Notes: generated by a model from the letters alone, not told the origin. Shown: positions 49,231 through 59,828, counted from the first letter of the stretch. The stretch is DNA of 64,000 nt from Actinocatenispora sp. (GCA_036503555.1 DASXWQ010000019.1:2302-66301), one strand, 5' to 3'. Program-made: numbers and translations.

Positions 49231-50205
49231 ATGAGGCCACGACGGGTCGCCCTCGCCGTCACCGACCGGGTGCCGATCTTCGAGGCGGCCATCCCGTGCG
49301 AGGTGTTCGGCCGGCCCCGGCCCGAGATCGCCGACCCCTGGCACTACGAGCTGCGGGTCTGCGCCGCCGACCCCGGGCGTACGACGACCGGCGGCGGGTT
49401 CGTCGCCGCCACGACGTACGGGCTGGGCGAGCTGGCCGGCGCCGACACCGTGGTCGTGCCCGCCTGCGGCGACCCGCTGCTGCCGCAACCCCCGGAACTC
49501 GTCGCCGCGGTACGCGAGGCGTACCGGGCCGGGGCGCGCGTGGTGTCGCTGTGCACCGGCGCGTTCGTGCTCGCCGAGGCCGGGCTCCTCGACGGCCGGC
49601 GCGCCACCACCCACTGGATGCACGCCGGCCTTCTCGCCGAGCGGTACCCGGCGGTCACCGTCGAACCCGGCGCGCTGTACGTCGACGAGGGCGACGTGCT
49701 GACCAGCGCCGGCACCGCCGCCGGCATGGACCTGTGCCTGCACCTGGTGCGGCTCGACCTCGGCGCCGAGGTCGCCAACCTGCTCGCGCGGCGGCTCGTC
49801 ACCCCGCCGCACCGCAGCGGCGGCCAGGCCCAGTACCTGGAGACGCCGGTGCCGCGCCGCGACGACGAGAGCCTCGCGCCGCTGCTCGACTGGGCGCTCG
49901 CGCACCTGCACCAGCCGCTCACCATCGCCGAGCTGGCCCGGCACGCGCACCTCACCCCGCGTACGCTCATCCGCCGGTTCCAGGCCGCCACCGGGACGGC
50001 GCCGCTGCGCTGGCTGCTCGCCCAGCGGGTGGCGCGGGCGCGCACCCTCCTGGAGTCGACGAACGAGCCGCTGCACCGCATCGCCGAGCAGTCCGGCCTC
50101 GGCAGCGAGGCCAACCTGCGGCACCACTTCACCCGCGTCGTCGGCGTCGCACCCACGCCGTACCGCCGGACGTTCCGGCGCGCGGCGGCGGGTGCGTCAG
50201 CGTGA
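49231..50205 (+). CDS. GlxA-type DJ-1/AraC transcriptional regulator
   Basis: SLCTGAF, ATTHW, TSAGTAAGMDLCL, RSGGQAQY and a C-terminal AraC HTH; TAAGAT -10 directly upstream (leaderless). Confidence 0.95.
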   Translation: MRPRRVALAVTDRVPIFEAAIPCEVFGRPRPEIADPWHYELRVCAADPGRTTTGGGFVAATTYGLGELAGADTVVVPACGDPLLPQPPELVAAVREAYRAGARVVSLCTGAFVLAEAGLLDGRRATTHWMHAGLLAERYPAVTVEPGALYVDEGDVLTSAGTAAGMDLCLHLVRLDLGAEVANLLARRLVTPPHRSGGQAQYLETPVPRRDDESLAPLLDWALAHLHQPLTIAELARHAHLTPRTLIRRFQAATGTAPLRWLLAQRVARARTLLESTNEPLHRIAEQSGLGSEANLRHHFTRVVGVAPTPYRRTFRRAAAGASA

Positions 50206-50592
50206 CTCGGCGATGCGCTTCAGCCGGGCGAGGTCGGCGCCCACCAGCTCCGCGTCCCGGTCGAGCTCGGCGTCCGTCATGCCCGGCGCCCGGCGCAGCG
50301 TGAACACCACCTCGCAGCCGTCGGGGGCGGCGAGCACCCGCAGCGGGACGTACACGGGCTCGCTGCCGGGCGGGTACACGGTGTGGTCCAGCACGCCGAA
50401 CCCGTTGCGTGGGGCGAAGTCCAGCCGTGCCCTCCCCCCGGGCGTCTGCACGTACCACCGGCCGTCGACCCGCTCGACGGTGTGGCCGAGCCCCGGCGCC
50501 CACTCCGCGAGGCTCGCCGGGTCGGCGGCGTAGTCGTACACCTCGGCCGCCGGCCGGGCGATCCCGATGCTGATGTGTCGCGATGTCGTCAC
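50197..50592 (-). CDS. SRPBCC family protein
   Basis: VYDYAADP..L.EWAPGL, FGVLDH, EVVFTL, DLARLK. Confidence 0.85.
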   Translation of the reverse strand: MTTSRHISIGIARPAAEVYDYAADPASLAEWAPGLGHTVERVDGRWYVQTPGGRARLDFAPRNGFGVLDHTVYPPGSEPVYVPLRVLAAPDGCEVVFTLRRAPGMTDAELDRDAELVGADLARLKRIAESR

Positions 50593-50678
50593 GCCTCGAC
50601 GATGCCAGCCGACCGCGGGCGACGCTTGACGAAATCGGCCGTGCCGCCGACGCCGGCAGGCCGCTCCGCGAGGACCTG

Positions 50679-52976
50679 CTAGTACCGGCGCGCGCCGAGC
50701 CAGCGGGCCGTGAAGTACGGCGAGTCGATCGACTGGATCGTCACCCGCTCACCGACGTCCGGCGCGACGATCATCCGGCCGCCGCCCAGGTACACGCCCA
50801 CGTGGGAGGCGTCGCCGGGCGGGCCCTCGGTGTGGAAGAAGACCAGGTCACCGGGGCGCAGCCGGTTCCGCGGCACCGACGTACCCAGGGCGAACTGCGC
50901 CTCCGACGAGTGCGGCAGGTCCACGCCCGCGTGCGCCCACGCGTACAGGGCGAGGCCGGAGCAGTCGAAGCCGACGCCGGGTGTGGTGCCGGTCGTCGGA
51001 CCGCGCACGTCGCCGCCGGCGAACACGTACGGCAGGCCCAGCGCCGACGCCGCCGCCGCGACCACCGCCGCACCGTTCCCCGACGCCAGCCGGCTGTGCG
51101 CGCACACCCTGGTGATCCGGTCGACGATCGCGGTCGCCAGCGGCTCCTGCGCCGCGTACGCCAGCGGGAACGCCGAACGCTGCACCGCCTGCGCCGCCGC
51201 CGTCACCGACATCGTCGGCCACCCCTGCACCGTCGCCAGATGCGAGTAGAACGCCGCCGCGGCCGCAGCCGGATCCATCACCTGCGCCGGCCCGCCCCAG
51301 CCCTGCGACGGCCGCTGCTGGAACAGCCCGAGCGAGTCGCGGTCCCCGTACGGCAGGTTGCGCAGGCCCGACTCCGCCAGCGCCGCCGCCACCGCCACCA
51401 CGTACGCCCGCCTCGGCTGGCGCATCAGCGTGCCCACCGACACGACCGTCTGTGCGTTCGCCATCATCTCCGGCGTCACACCCGTCAACGGACCCGGCTG
51501 CCGCCCCGCCGGGCACGACCCGATCGGCGGCGCCACGTACCCGTGGTACGGGACGGCCGGCCCCGATCCGGTCACCCACGGCCCCGGCTCCCGCGGCGCC
51601 GTCCCCGAACCCGACGGCGTACCCGGCGCCCGGTGCGGCGCGGACCCCGACGAGTGCGCCGGCGGCTGCCGCGACGCGGATCCGCCCGGCGACGTCGGCG
51701 TACCGGGCCCGGACGCGCGCGGCGGACCGCTGCTCGGGGACCGCGGCGGGCCGGGGCTTTCCGAACCCGGTGCCCCGGCGCTCGGGGACTCCGACGGGCC
51801 TCGGCTGCCCGACGGACTCGGCGAACCTGATGGGCTGGGGCTCTGCGAACCCGGCGGGCTCGTACTGGGCGGCTCCGACGGGCTCGGGCCACCCGAACCG
51901 GACGGACTCGTACTCGGTGACCCCGACGGGCTCGGGCTGGCCGAACCAGGCGGGCCCGTACTCGGTGGCTCGGACGGGCTCGGGCTGGCCGGCTGGCTCG
52001 GCGAACCCGACGGGCGGCCGCTCGGCGACTCCGACGGACTCGGGCCGTCCGCGCCCGACGAGCCCGGGGACGCCGACGCGCTCGGGCTGCCCGGCTCGCT
52101 CCGCGACCCAGACGGGTCGGAGCCGCCAGACTGGCTGGGCGAACCCGACGGCCCGGCGCTCGGCGACTCCGACGGGCCGGGGTGGCGCGCGGCGGACGAG
52201 CCGGACGGGCCGGGTGTGGCGGACCGGCGGGAATCCGGCCGAGGTGCGGTGCCCGCGCTCCGGCCGCCGGGCGACGGGTCCGACGCGGCCGGTGCGGAGT
52301 CCGCAGGCGCGTGCCCACGTGGTGCGGTGTCGGACGCCTTCGGCGCCGGAGCGTGACCCGACTTCCCGGCCCTGCCCGGCTCCGACTCACTCGGATGGGC
52401 CTTGTCCGGATGGGCCTTGTCCGGATGGGCCTTGTCCGGATGCGCAGCGTCCGCATCCGCCTTGCCCGGATGCGGACTGCTCGGATGCGGGGTGGCACGG
52501 TGCTTCTTGTCCGGATCCGACTTGTCCGGACGGTCCTTGTCCGGATGGGCGGCGGCCCGGTGGTCCTTGGCCGGGTGGGTCGTTTTCGGGCCGGGCGCGG
52601 CCGGATGGGCGGCGGACGGGGACGGGGTGGGCTTGGGCGTACCCGGCCGGCGGTGGTCCGGGCGGGCGGGGCGGCGGCGGTGGCCGACCGGCTCGGCGGC
52701 CCGCACCGACGTACCGACACCCGCCGCGTCCGGCCGAGCCGCGTCCGGCCGAGCCGGGTCCGGGCGGGGCGTGGCCGAGCCGGTGTCGCCCGATGGGGGT
52801 ACCGCACGCGCCGGGGCCGCGGAGCGGCCAGGGGACGGCGGGGCCGCGGAGTGGACGGCGGTGGGGGTGACGGCGAGCGGCGTGAGCGCCGGGGTCGACG
52901 GGGCGAGCAGGCCGGCGGTGATCGACACGCCGACCGCGGTTGCGGCGGCGAGACCGGGGCGCAGGGTACGGCGCAT
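50679..52976 (-). CDS. Secreted NlpC/P60 (C40) cell-wall peptidase with a long Ser/Pro-rich linker
   Basis: Signal-like N-terminus MRRTLRPGLAAA; about 480 aa of low complexity; ESGLRNL...DSLGLFQQRPSQGWG domain; GFDCSGL, PGDLVFF, SHVGVY. Confidence 0.88.
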   Translation of the reverse strand: MRRTLRPGLAAATAVGVSITAGLLAPSTPALTPLAVTPTAVHSAAPPSPGRSAAPARAVPPSGDTGSATPRPDPARPDAARPDAAGVGTSVRAAEPVGHRRRPARPDHRRPGTPKPTPSPSAAHPAAPGPKTTHPAKDHRAAAHPDKDRPDKSDPDKKHRATPHPSSPHPGKADADAAHPDKAHPDKAHPDKAHPSESEPGRAGKSGHAPAPKASDTAPRGHAPADSAPAASDPSPGGRSAGTAPRPDSRRSATPGPSGSSAARHPGPSESPSAGPSGSPSQSGGSDPSGSRSEPGSPSASASPGSSGADGPSPSESPSGRPSGSPSQPASPSPSEPPSTGPPGSASPSPSGSPSTSPSGSGGPSPSEPPSTSPPGSQSPSPSGSPSPSGSRGPSESPSAGAPGSESPGPPRSPSSGPPRASGPGTPTSPGGSASRQPPAHSSGSAPHRAPGTPSGSGTAPREPGPWVTGSGPAVPYHGYVAPPIGSCPAGRQPGPLTGVTPEMMANAQTVVSVGTLMRQPRRAYVVAVAAALAESGLRNLPYGDRDSLGLFQQRPSQGWGGPAQVMDPAAAAAAFYSHLATVQGWPTMSVTAAAQAVQRSAFPLAYAAQEPLATAIVDRITRVCAHSRLASGNGAAVVAAAASALGLPYVFAGGDVRGPTTGTTPGVGFDCSGLALYAWAHAGVDLPHSSEAQFALGTSVPRNRLRPGDLVFFHTEGPPGDASHVGVYLGGGRMIVAPDVGERVTIQSIDSPYFTARWLGARRY
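52392..52442. repeat. 15-bp tandem repeat (AHPDK)
   Basis: Three exact copies of CGGATGGGCCTTGTC plus a partial copy; degenerate copies continue to about 52575. Confidence 0.85.
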
Positions 52977-53159
52977 CGGTACCTCGATCGTCGGTCGTGG
53001 CGCGAGCGGGCCGACGACGCGGGGCCGGTCGGCCTGTCCCCCAGCGTCCGCCGGGGCGCCGGGCCGCACACTCGGGTGTCCGGCCGCCGGGCACCGACGA
53101 GCGGGCCGCCCAGCACAACGATCGCACGACCCCGGCCGGGTCGGGGACGATACGTCGGC

Positions 53160-53966
53160 TCAGTCGGCGTGGGCGATCTCGACGGCGGTGGTCCAGCGGG
53201 CGAGCAGGCGGGTACCGCGGCGGGTGCCGTGGTTCTCGAACCACTCGACGGTCCAGTCGGTCTCGTCCCAGATGGCACGCAGGGCGAGCACGTCGCGGCC
53301 GAGTCCGTCGGTGAGGTCGCGCAGGTCGAGGGTGGTGCCGAGGCCCGGGTAGTAGACGTCGCAGGCGGCCTGTTTGGCGGCGGTGGCGGTGTCGGGCAGC
53401 GGTACGGCGAAGGGGAAGCCGCCGCCGGCGACGAGCCCGATCCGTTCGCGTCCCAGCCCGGCCTCCGCGAGCGCCAGCTCGGCGAGCAGCACCTGCCGTA
53501 CGGGGAGGCAGGCGGCGAGGATGACCGGGAACCCGCAGGCGGCGACGGCGGCGTGGACCGCGATGTGGTCGGGATGGTGGGTGATGCCCTCGTCGCCGGT
53601 GGTGAGCACGATGTCGGGGTCGATCGCGGCGGCGACGAGGCGGATCGCCTCGGCGAGGTCGGCCCGGGGGGCGCGGGCGGGGCTGTCCGGTCCCGGTACG
53701 GGGCCGGAGTCGCGCCACCGGCCGGCGCCGAGCAGGATGGTACGGCGGACGCCGAGCAGCGCGCACGCCTCGCGCCACTGCGTGCCGCGCCGGTCGGCGG
53801 CGATGGCCCAGCCCGATTCGCCGTGCTCGGGACGCCACAGTGCGCCCTCGCCGAGGGTTGCCGACGCGACGGTCACGTCGGCGCCGGAGGCAGCAAGACC
53901 CGCGAGGACACCACCGAGGAACAGCGTCTCGTCGTCCGGGTGCGCGACGACCGCAAGTACACGCAT
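53160..53966 (-). CDS. PIG-L/LmbE (MshB-like) deacetylase
   Basis: VVAHPDDE, ATLGEG, WRDSG, HPDH. Confidence 0.85.
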   Translation of the reverse strand: MRVLAVVAHPDDETLFLGGVLAGLAASGADVTVASATLGEGALWRPEHGESGWAIAADRRGTQWREACALLGVRRTILLGAGRWRDSGPVPGPDSPARAPRADLAEAIRLVAAAIDPDIVLTTGDEGITHHPDHIAVHAAVAACGFPVILAACLPVRQVLLAELALAEAGLGRERIGLVAGGGFPFAVPLPDTATAAKQAACDVYYPGLGTTLDLRDLTDGLGRDVLALRAIWDETDWTVEWFENHGTRRGTRLLARWTTAVEIAHAD

Positions 53967-54262
53967 GACACGAAGCCTACGGACCCGACTCACCCGCGGT
54001 GCCCCGGAGTGTCCGGTACGAGGATCCACGGGCTCACCACGCTGGGCGATATGTCCATCCTTCGGGCCTTTTCGGGTCGATCGTACGGCGCCGCGTGTCG
54101 CTCATCCGGGTAGGGACGACGATTCGCGCCATCTGGACGAGCCGGGTCACCCCGTGGTCATCCGATCGCGGCCGGCGGTACGTCCGGCGGCAAGCCGGCG
54201 TGCCACCGGCCTCGGCAGGCTGGTGTCCGATCCGTCCAGGTCGACGCGAAAGGTACGCCGCG

Positions 54263-55345
54263 ATGCGAGGCAACGGGCATGTGGTGGTCGTGTCGGCCAG
54301 CGTCGGCGCCGGACACGACGGTGCGGCGCGCGAGCTGGTCCGCCGGCTGGCCGCGGCCGGCTACGACACCGACACGTACGACTTCTGCCAGCTGCTGCCG
54401 GCGCGGTCCGGCGGCCTGCTGCGCGACGGGTACCGGTGGCAGTTGCGCCGGGCGCCGCGCAGCTACCAGTGGCTGCTCGGCGCGCTGGAGTACCGCTGGC
54501 TGTCGGCGGGGACGGCGGCGCTGACGGCGGCGGCCGACCGGCGGCTGCTCGCGACCGTACGGGCCGACACGGTGGCCGTGCTGTCGACGTACCCGCTGGC
54601 CAGCCTGGCGCTGGGGCGGCTGCGGCGGCGCGGGCTGCTGGGTGTGCCGGCGGTGACGTACCTGACGGACCTGTCGGTGCATCCGCAGTGGATCGGCTGC
54701 GGCGTCGACGCGCACCTGGCGCTGCACGCGACGACCGCCGAGGCGGCACGGGAGCTGGGCGCGACCGGCGTACGGGTGGTGCGGCCGGCGCTGTCCCCCG
54801 TGTTCCGACCGGCGACCGGGCCGGCCGAGGTGGCCGCGGCCCGCCGGCGGTTCGGGCTGCCGGACGGCCCGCTCGCGCTCGTCGTCACCGGCTCGCTCGG
54901 GCTGGGCGAGCCGGCCGAGACCGCCGCCGACGTGGCCGCGACGGGCCTCGCCACCCCGGTCGTGGCCTGCGGCCGGCACGCCACGCTGCGCCGGCGGCTC
55001 GCCGGCCGGTCCGACGTCGTACCGCTCGGCTGGGTCGACGACATGCCGACCCTGCTACGCGCCTGCGACCTCGTCATCCAGAACGCCGGCGGGCTCAGCT
55101 CGCTGGAGGCGCTCGCCTCGGGCGTACCGGCGATCACGTACCGGTGCATTCCCGGGCACGGCCGCGCCAACGCCCGCGCGCTGCACCGCTCCGGCCTGAT
55201 CCCCTGGGTCACCGAGCCGGACGGCCTGGCCCCGGCCCTCGCGTACCACCTGGGGCGGCCGGCGGCGGCCGACCCGTTCGGCACCGCCCCCGAGCCGGTC
55301 GCGCTGCTGACCGAGCTGGCCACCCGTACTCCGGCCGCCGCCTGA
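54263..55345 (+). CDS. MGDG-synthase/GT28-like glycosyltransferase
   Basis: SASVGAGHDGAA, STYP, TDLSVH, GSLGLG, GWVDDM, NAGGL, IPGHG. Confidence 0.88.
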   Translation: MRGNGHVVVVSASVGAGHDGAARELVRRLAAAGYDTDTYDFCQLLPARSGGLLRDGYRWQLRRAPRSYQWLLGALEYRWLSAGTAALTAAADRRLLATVRADTVAVLSTYPLASLALGRLRRRGLLGVPAVTYLTDLSVHPQWIGCGVDAHLALHATTAEAARELGATGVRVVRPALSPVFRPATGPAEVAAARRRFGLPDGPLALVVTGSLGLGEPAETAADVAATGLATPVVACGRHATLRRRLAGRSDVVPLGWVDDMPTLLRACDLVIQNAGGLSSLEALASGVPAITYRCIPGHGRANARALHRSGLIPWVTEPDGLAPALAYHLGRPAAADPFGTAPEPVALLTELATRTPAAA

Positions 55346-55422
55346 ACCCTCCGGGGCACATCACTCGTCGGCGGCACGCCGCCGACCGGCCCGGTCATGT
55401 CGCCGAGGCGGGCAGGGAGCGC

Positions 55423-56790
55423 TCACCGCCGGGCGGACCGCATCCGCCGCGCCTGCGCGGCCAGGCGCCGCCCGGCGTCCGCGAGGGACACGGTGCGCAG
55501 GACGCCGCCGGAGACGACCGCTCGTCCACCGACCAGCAGCGTGTCCACGGGCGGCGGTGGACCGAACACCAGGGCGGCCACCGGGTCGGCGATGTCGGCG
55601 TGGTCCGGCCCGTCCAGCCGCCAGACCGCGATGTCGGCGAGCTTCCCGGGCTCCAACGAACCCAGCTCGCCGTCCCGGCCGAGGCAGCGGGCACCGCCCA
55701 GCGTCGCCATCCGCAGCGCGTCGCGGACACCGAGCGCGGCGGCACCGTCCCGGGCGCGCGCCGTCAACACCGCCTGCCGTGCCTCGGTGACGAGGCCGCC
55801 GTCCTCGTTGGACGCCGGCCCGTCCACGCCGAGCCCCACGGGTACGCCGGCGGACAGCAGGTCGCGGACCGGGCTGACGCCCGAGCCGAGCCGGCCGTTC
55901 GAGCTGGGGCAGTGCGCGCAGGCGGTACCGGTGGCCGCCAGCCGCCCGACGTCCCGCCCGGACAGGTGGACGGCGTGCGCGACCCACACGTCGGATCCCA
56001 GCCACCCCAACCGGTCCAGGTACTCGACCGGCGTGCAGCCGTGCTCGGCCCGGCACTGCCGTAGCTCATCGGCCGTTTCGGCCAGGTGGGTGTGCAACCG
56101 CACCCCGTACCGGCGGGCCAGCTCCGCCGTGCCGCGCATCAGATCGGTACTCACCACGAACGGTGCGCACGGGGCGACGCCGACCCGGATCATCGAGTCC
56201 GGCGCCGGATCGTGGTACTTCTCGACCGCCGCGGCGGTGGCGGCAAGTGCCGCGTCGGTGTCCTCGACGATCTCGTCCGGGGGCAGCCCGCCCGCCGACG
56301 CACCGCGGTCCATCGAGCCACGGGTCGGCTGGAAACGCAGACCCACCTCGCCCGCGGCGGCGACGGTGGCGGCGAACACGTCGCCGGCGCCGGCCGGGAA
56401 CAGGTAGTGGTGGTCGCCGGACAGGGTGCATCCGGTCGACGCCAACCGGGACAGGCCGGCGGTGGCCGCGGCGTGCGCCACGTCGGCGTCGATCCGGGCC
56501 CAGGCCGGGTACATGTCGGCCAACCAGTCGAACAGCGACGCGTCGACGGCACGGCCGCGGAACGCCCACTGGTAGAGGTGATGGTGCGCGTTGACCAGGC
56601 CGGGCGTGACGAGGCAGCCGGTGGCATCGATCCGCCGGCCGGGCTCGCCGGCGGGCGCCGGACCCGGCCGTACGGCGCGGATCCGGCCGTCCGCGACCAG
56701 CACGTGCCCCACCGGGTACTCCTCGCCGGTGACCGACACGACGTACCCACCCGTGACGACGGTCCGTCCGTCCGCTGTCGACCCGCTCAT
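55423..56790 (-). CDS. 8-oxoguanine deaminase-like amidohydrolase
   Basis: PGLVNAHHHLYQ, DHHYLFP, RGSMD, LHTHLAE, HCPSSN, GLGVDG. Confidence 0.9.
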   Translation of the reverse strand: MSGSTADGRTVVTGGYVVSVTGEEYPVGHVLVADGRIRAVRPGPAPAGEPGRRIDATGCLVTPGLVNAHHHLYQWAFRGRAVDASLFDWLADMYPAWARIDADVAHAAATAGLSRLASTGCTLSGDHHYLFPAGAGDVFAATVAAAGEVGLRFQPTRGSMDRGASAGGLPPDEIVEDTDAALAATAAAVEKYHDPAPDSMIRVGVAPCAPFVVSTDLMRGTAELARRYGVRLHTHLAETADELRQCRAEHGCTPVEYLDRLGWLGSDVWVAHAVHLSGRDVGRLAATGTACAHCPSSNGRLGSGVSPVRDLLSAGVPVGLGVDGPASNEDGGLVTEARQAVLTARARDGAAALGVRDALRMATLGGARCLGRDGELGSLEPGKLADIAVWRLDGPDHADIADPVAALVFGPPPPVDTLLVGGRAVVSGGVLRTVSLADAGRRLAAQARRMRSARR

Positions 56791-56852
56791 GCGTGACCTC
56801 TACCCGGCGGGACGGCAAACACTCCTCGCCCGCCGAATCGGCGCGGGGACGG

Positions 56853-57637
56853 TCAGGCGGCGTCGGCGTGGTCGGCGGGCAGGGCGCGGACCCGGCGCAG
56901 CGGCGAGCACGCGGCGATCCCGGCGCCGACGAGCATCACCGCGCCGCTGACGACGAGCGTGGCGCGCAGCCCGCCGGCCGCGCCGAGTACGCCGCCGGCG
57001 AGCGCACCGACCGGCTGGGTACCCGAGACCAGGAAGCGCCAGGTCGCGTTGACCCGGGACAGCAGGTCGGGCGCGGTCAGGGTCTGCCGGAGGGTCTGCT
57101 GGTTCACGCCGTAGAGGGCGGGCCCGGCGCCGCGGAGCGCCTGAGCCAGCACCGGTACGCAGACGAGCAGCCAGGGCGGCCCGAGTGCCGCGGCGAGGAC
57201 CGGGCAGCACCATCCCGGCGATGAACGCCCGGCCGGGGCCGAGCCGTCGGGTCAACGGGGTGGCGGCCAGCGCGCCGCCGATGCCGGCGAAGCTGCCACA
57301 TCGCGAGCAGGCCGGTCAACGCGAGCACCGGGACCGCGCCGAGCAGCACCGCCTGCGCGACGTCGGCCAGCACCAGCACCCGGTGGTACGGCAGGCGGCC
57401 GATCCACACGCCGGCGGGCAGGCCAAGGACCAGGTGCGGCAGCAGCGCGGCGGCGCCGAGCAGCCCCATCGACAGCGGCGACGCGTGCAGCACCACGACC
57501 GCGGTGAGTGGCAGCGCCACCCGGGTGACGCTGGATCCCAGCAGCGACACGGCATTCCCGACGAACAGCCGGCGGAAGTCCGGGTACCGACCGAGGACCG
57601 ACGCCGCATCGCTGAACCGTACCCGGCGCGGGCGGCG
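56853..57637 (-). pseudogene. Degraded MFS transporter
   Basis: MFS pieces in three frames (FRRLFVGNAVSLLG...; PLTRRLGPGR; RQTLTAPDLLSRVNATWRF); central TMs missing; an in-frame stop and no start upstream of the first piece. Confidence 0.8.
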
Positions 57638-57654
57638 TCACCCACGCATCGCCG

Positions 57655-58125
57655 TCAGCGGGAACGGACGAGGCGCAGCACGCCCGTACCGCCGCGCACC
57701 GCGACGGCCTCGAACCGTACGTCGTTGAGCGTCGCGAACCGCCCCTGGTACGGGCCGGAGCTGATCGTCCCTGACACCCCCGCGACCAGCGTGAGCGTCA
57801 GGCCGGCCGCACCCACCGAGTCGACCCGCACGGTGCCGCCACCGTTCGCGTCGGCGTAGCGGAACTCGGTACCCGCGGAGACGAGCACCTCGCAGCTCCC
57901 GTCGCCGCAGGCCGCGGTGTTCCGGCCGTCTCCGGCCCGCAACGGCGCCGAGGTGAGGCGCGGACCGGTCGTCGGGGAGGGCGACGGCGACGGGCTCCGT
58001 GACGGCGACGGGCTCGGCGACCGCGAGTGGGTGGGCACGGGCCGCGCACCCCCGTTGTGCGCTGTGCAGCCCGCGCCCGCGAGCACCCCCAGAACGGCCA
58101 TCGTGACGGCAGCGGTACGACGCAT
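57655..58125 (-). CDS. Putative lipoprotein
   Basis: RBS GGGAGG; signal peptide with lipobox-like GAGC; SP-repeat linker; ACGDGSCEV. Confidence 0.75.
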   Translation of the reverse strand: MRRTAAVTMAVLGVLAGAGCTAHNGGARPVPTHSRSPSPSPSRSPSPSPSPTTGPRLTSAPLRAGDGRNTAACGDGSCEVLVSAGTEFRYADANGGGTVRVDSVGAAGLTLTLVAGVSGTISSGPYQGRFATLNDVRFEAVAVRGGTGVLRLVRSR

Positions 58126-58371
58126 GGCGCCCTCCCTTCCGCCGTGTTCTACCGGCGGCGCCCCGGGACCGGTCCCGCCCACTTCCCGTACGCCCACGGC
58201 GTTTGCGTCAGGCCCGCCGCTCGCCGGCGCGCGGCCGTACGACATCGCCGAGGGGCGGCGTGGCACGGCCGGCCGGCGCCGCCCCGATCCGGCGCCGGTG
58301 AACTGGCCCGGCCTGCCCGCGCGTCGCCGGGCACAGGACCGCCGCACGGCCGATCGCCCGGCGGGACGCGA

Positions 58372-59757
58372 TCAGCCGGCGGCGCGGCGGGCCCGGGTAC
58401 GCCGGGCGCGGGCGGCGAGGATCCCGGCGACGGCCAGCACCGACACGCTGGTGACGAGCCAGTGCCGTTGCGCGGTACCGAGGGCGGGGCCGCCCGCCGC
58501 TTCCTGCTCCGGTACGTGCCCGCGCCGGACCGACGGCGGTACGGGCGGCGCCGGGTGCGGCGGCGGTACGGGGTGCGCTCGCGCGGCGACCGGTGGTTGG
58601 GGCCGGTCCGGCGGGACCACCACGGCCGGGCTCTCGATCGGATCCGGCCCGGCCGGCACCGGGCGTACGGGCGCCTGCGGCACGGGATCCGCCGGCACCG
58701 GTGCACCGGACCGCGACGCCGGCGGGCTCGATGTCGGCCGCGCCGACGATGGCCCGCCGACCGACGGGGACGGGGAGGGCGGCGGAGTGAACGACGGGGA
58801 CGGAGACGGAGAGAGGGACGGCGACGCGCTGACCGACGCCGACGGGCTGAAGGAGTGCGACGGGCTGACCGACGGCGAGGGCGACGGGCTGACGGTCGGC
58901 GACGGGCTTGGCGACGGGGACGGCGAGGGCGAGGTCGGCGGGCTGGGGGCGGGGCGACACCAGGCGGCGTCGCTGCCGGCGAGCGGCGGCGCGATGCCGA
59001 GTCGGCGTACGGGTCCGTTGCCCCGCAAGGGAATCCGCAGCAGTACGCCGAGCGAGCGCGGGTCGTGCCGCCAGGCGTACAGGTGGCCGGTGGGGTCGAG
59101 GGCGACGGCGCCGAACGCGCCGGTGCCGGGCAGCCGCCGGGCGGGGCCGACGCGTACCGCGCCCGTGCGCGGGTCGACGCGGACCACGGCGACGCCGTGG
59201 CGGACCCGGCCCAGGCCGTAGAGCATGTGGTCGGCGGAGTCGGCGGCCCAGTCGCCGAGCCACGGTAGGCGCCCCAGCCGTACGGTGCGGACCAGCCGTG
59301 GCGTGGGGTCGACGGCGATCACGTCGAGCCGGTCGCGGTCGAGCAGCAGCAGGTGCCCGTCGAGCACGTCGCCCGCGTACCCGGCGGCGACCCGCACCCC
59401 GGGCACCGGCCCGAGGTCGCGTACCCGTCCGCGGGTGTCGAGGGCGACGAGGTGCCCGCCGTCGCCGATCGGGCGGCCGTGGTGCCGGGTGGCCACGCCG
59501 ATCGTGCGTCCGCGTGGCGCGTCGTACCCGATGGCGTTGACGGTGTAGCCGAGCGGGCGCACGACGCGCGGTGCGTGGTCGCCGGGGGCGTACCGGACGA
59601 GGATGCTGGGGCCGCGGTGGCTGGGGTTCCAGACGGTGACGAGCGCGCCGCGGGGACAGTCGGGAGCGGGTGGCGGTGTGGGGTGTCGGCCGGTGGTGGG
59701 CGCGACGGTGAGCAGGCCGCCGAGCACCGCCGCGGCGAGTCCGGGGAGCAGGCGCAT
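58372..59757 (-). CDS. Secreted/surface protein (DUF6923-like) with SP linker and C-terminal membrane anchor
   Basis: Signal peptide, VNAIGY, GDWA, FGAV, SDAAWC, (SP)n, then a TM segment and basic tail. Confidence 0.7.
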   Translation of the reverse strand: MRLLPGLAAAVLGGLLTVAPTTGRHPTPPPAPDCPRGALVTVWNPSHRGPSILVRYAPGDHAPRVVRPLGYTVNAIGYDAPRGRTIGVATRHHGRPIGDGGHLVALDTRGRVRDLGPVPGVRVAAGYAGDVLDGHLLLLDRDRLDVIAVDPTPRLVRTVRLGRLPWLGDWAADSADHMLYGLGRVRHGVAVVRVDPRTGAVRVGPARRLPGTGAFGAVALDPTGHLYAWRHDPRSLGVLLRIPLRGNGPVRRLGIAPPLAGSDAAWCRPAPSPPTSPSPSPSPSPSPTVSPSPSPSVSPSHSFSPSASVSASPSLSPSPSPSFTPPPSPSPSVGGPSSARPTSSPPASRSGAPVPADPVPQAPVRPVPAGPDPIESPAVVVPPDRPQPPVAARAHPVPPPHPAPPVPPSVRRGHVPEQEAAGGPALGTAQRHWLVTSVSVLAVAGILAARARRTRARRAAG

Positions 59758-59828
59758 CGCGGGTCCCAACGGTCGACGTCCGATCCTGAAGCTACTCTAG
59801 GTGCCGATCATCTATACGAAGGGTAGTC

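Noticed and set aside
57970-58945. (Ser-Pro)n microsatellite-like tracts
   Set aside because: Ordinary linkers of exported proteins with synonymous variation; not independent repeat elements.
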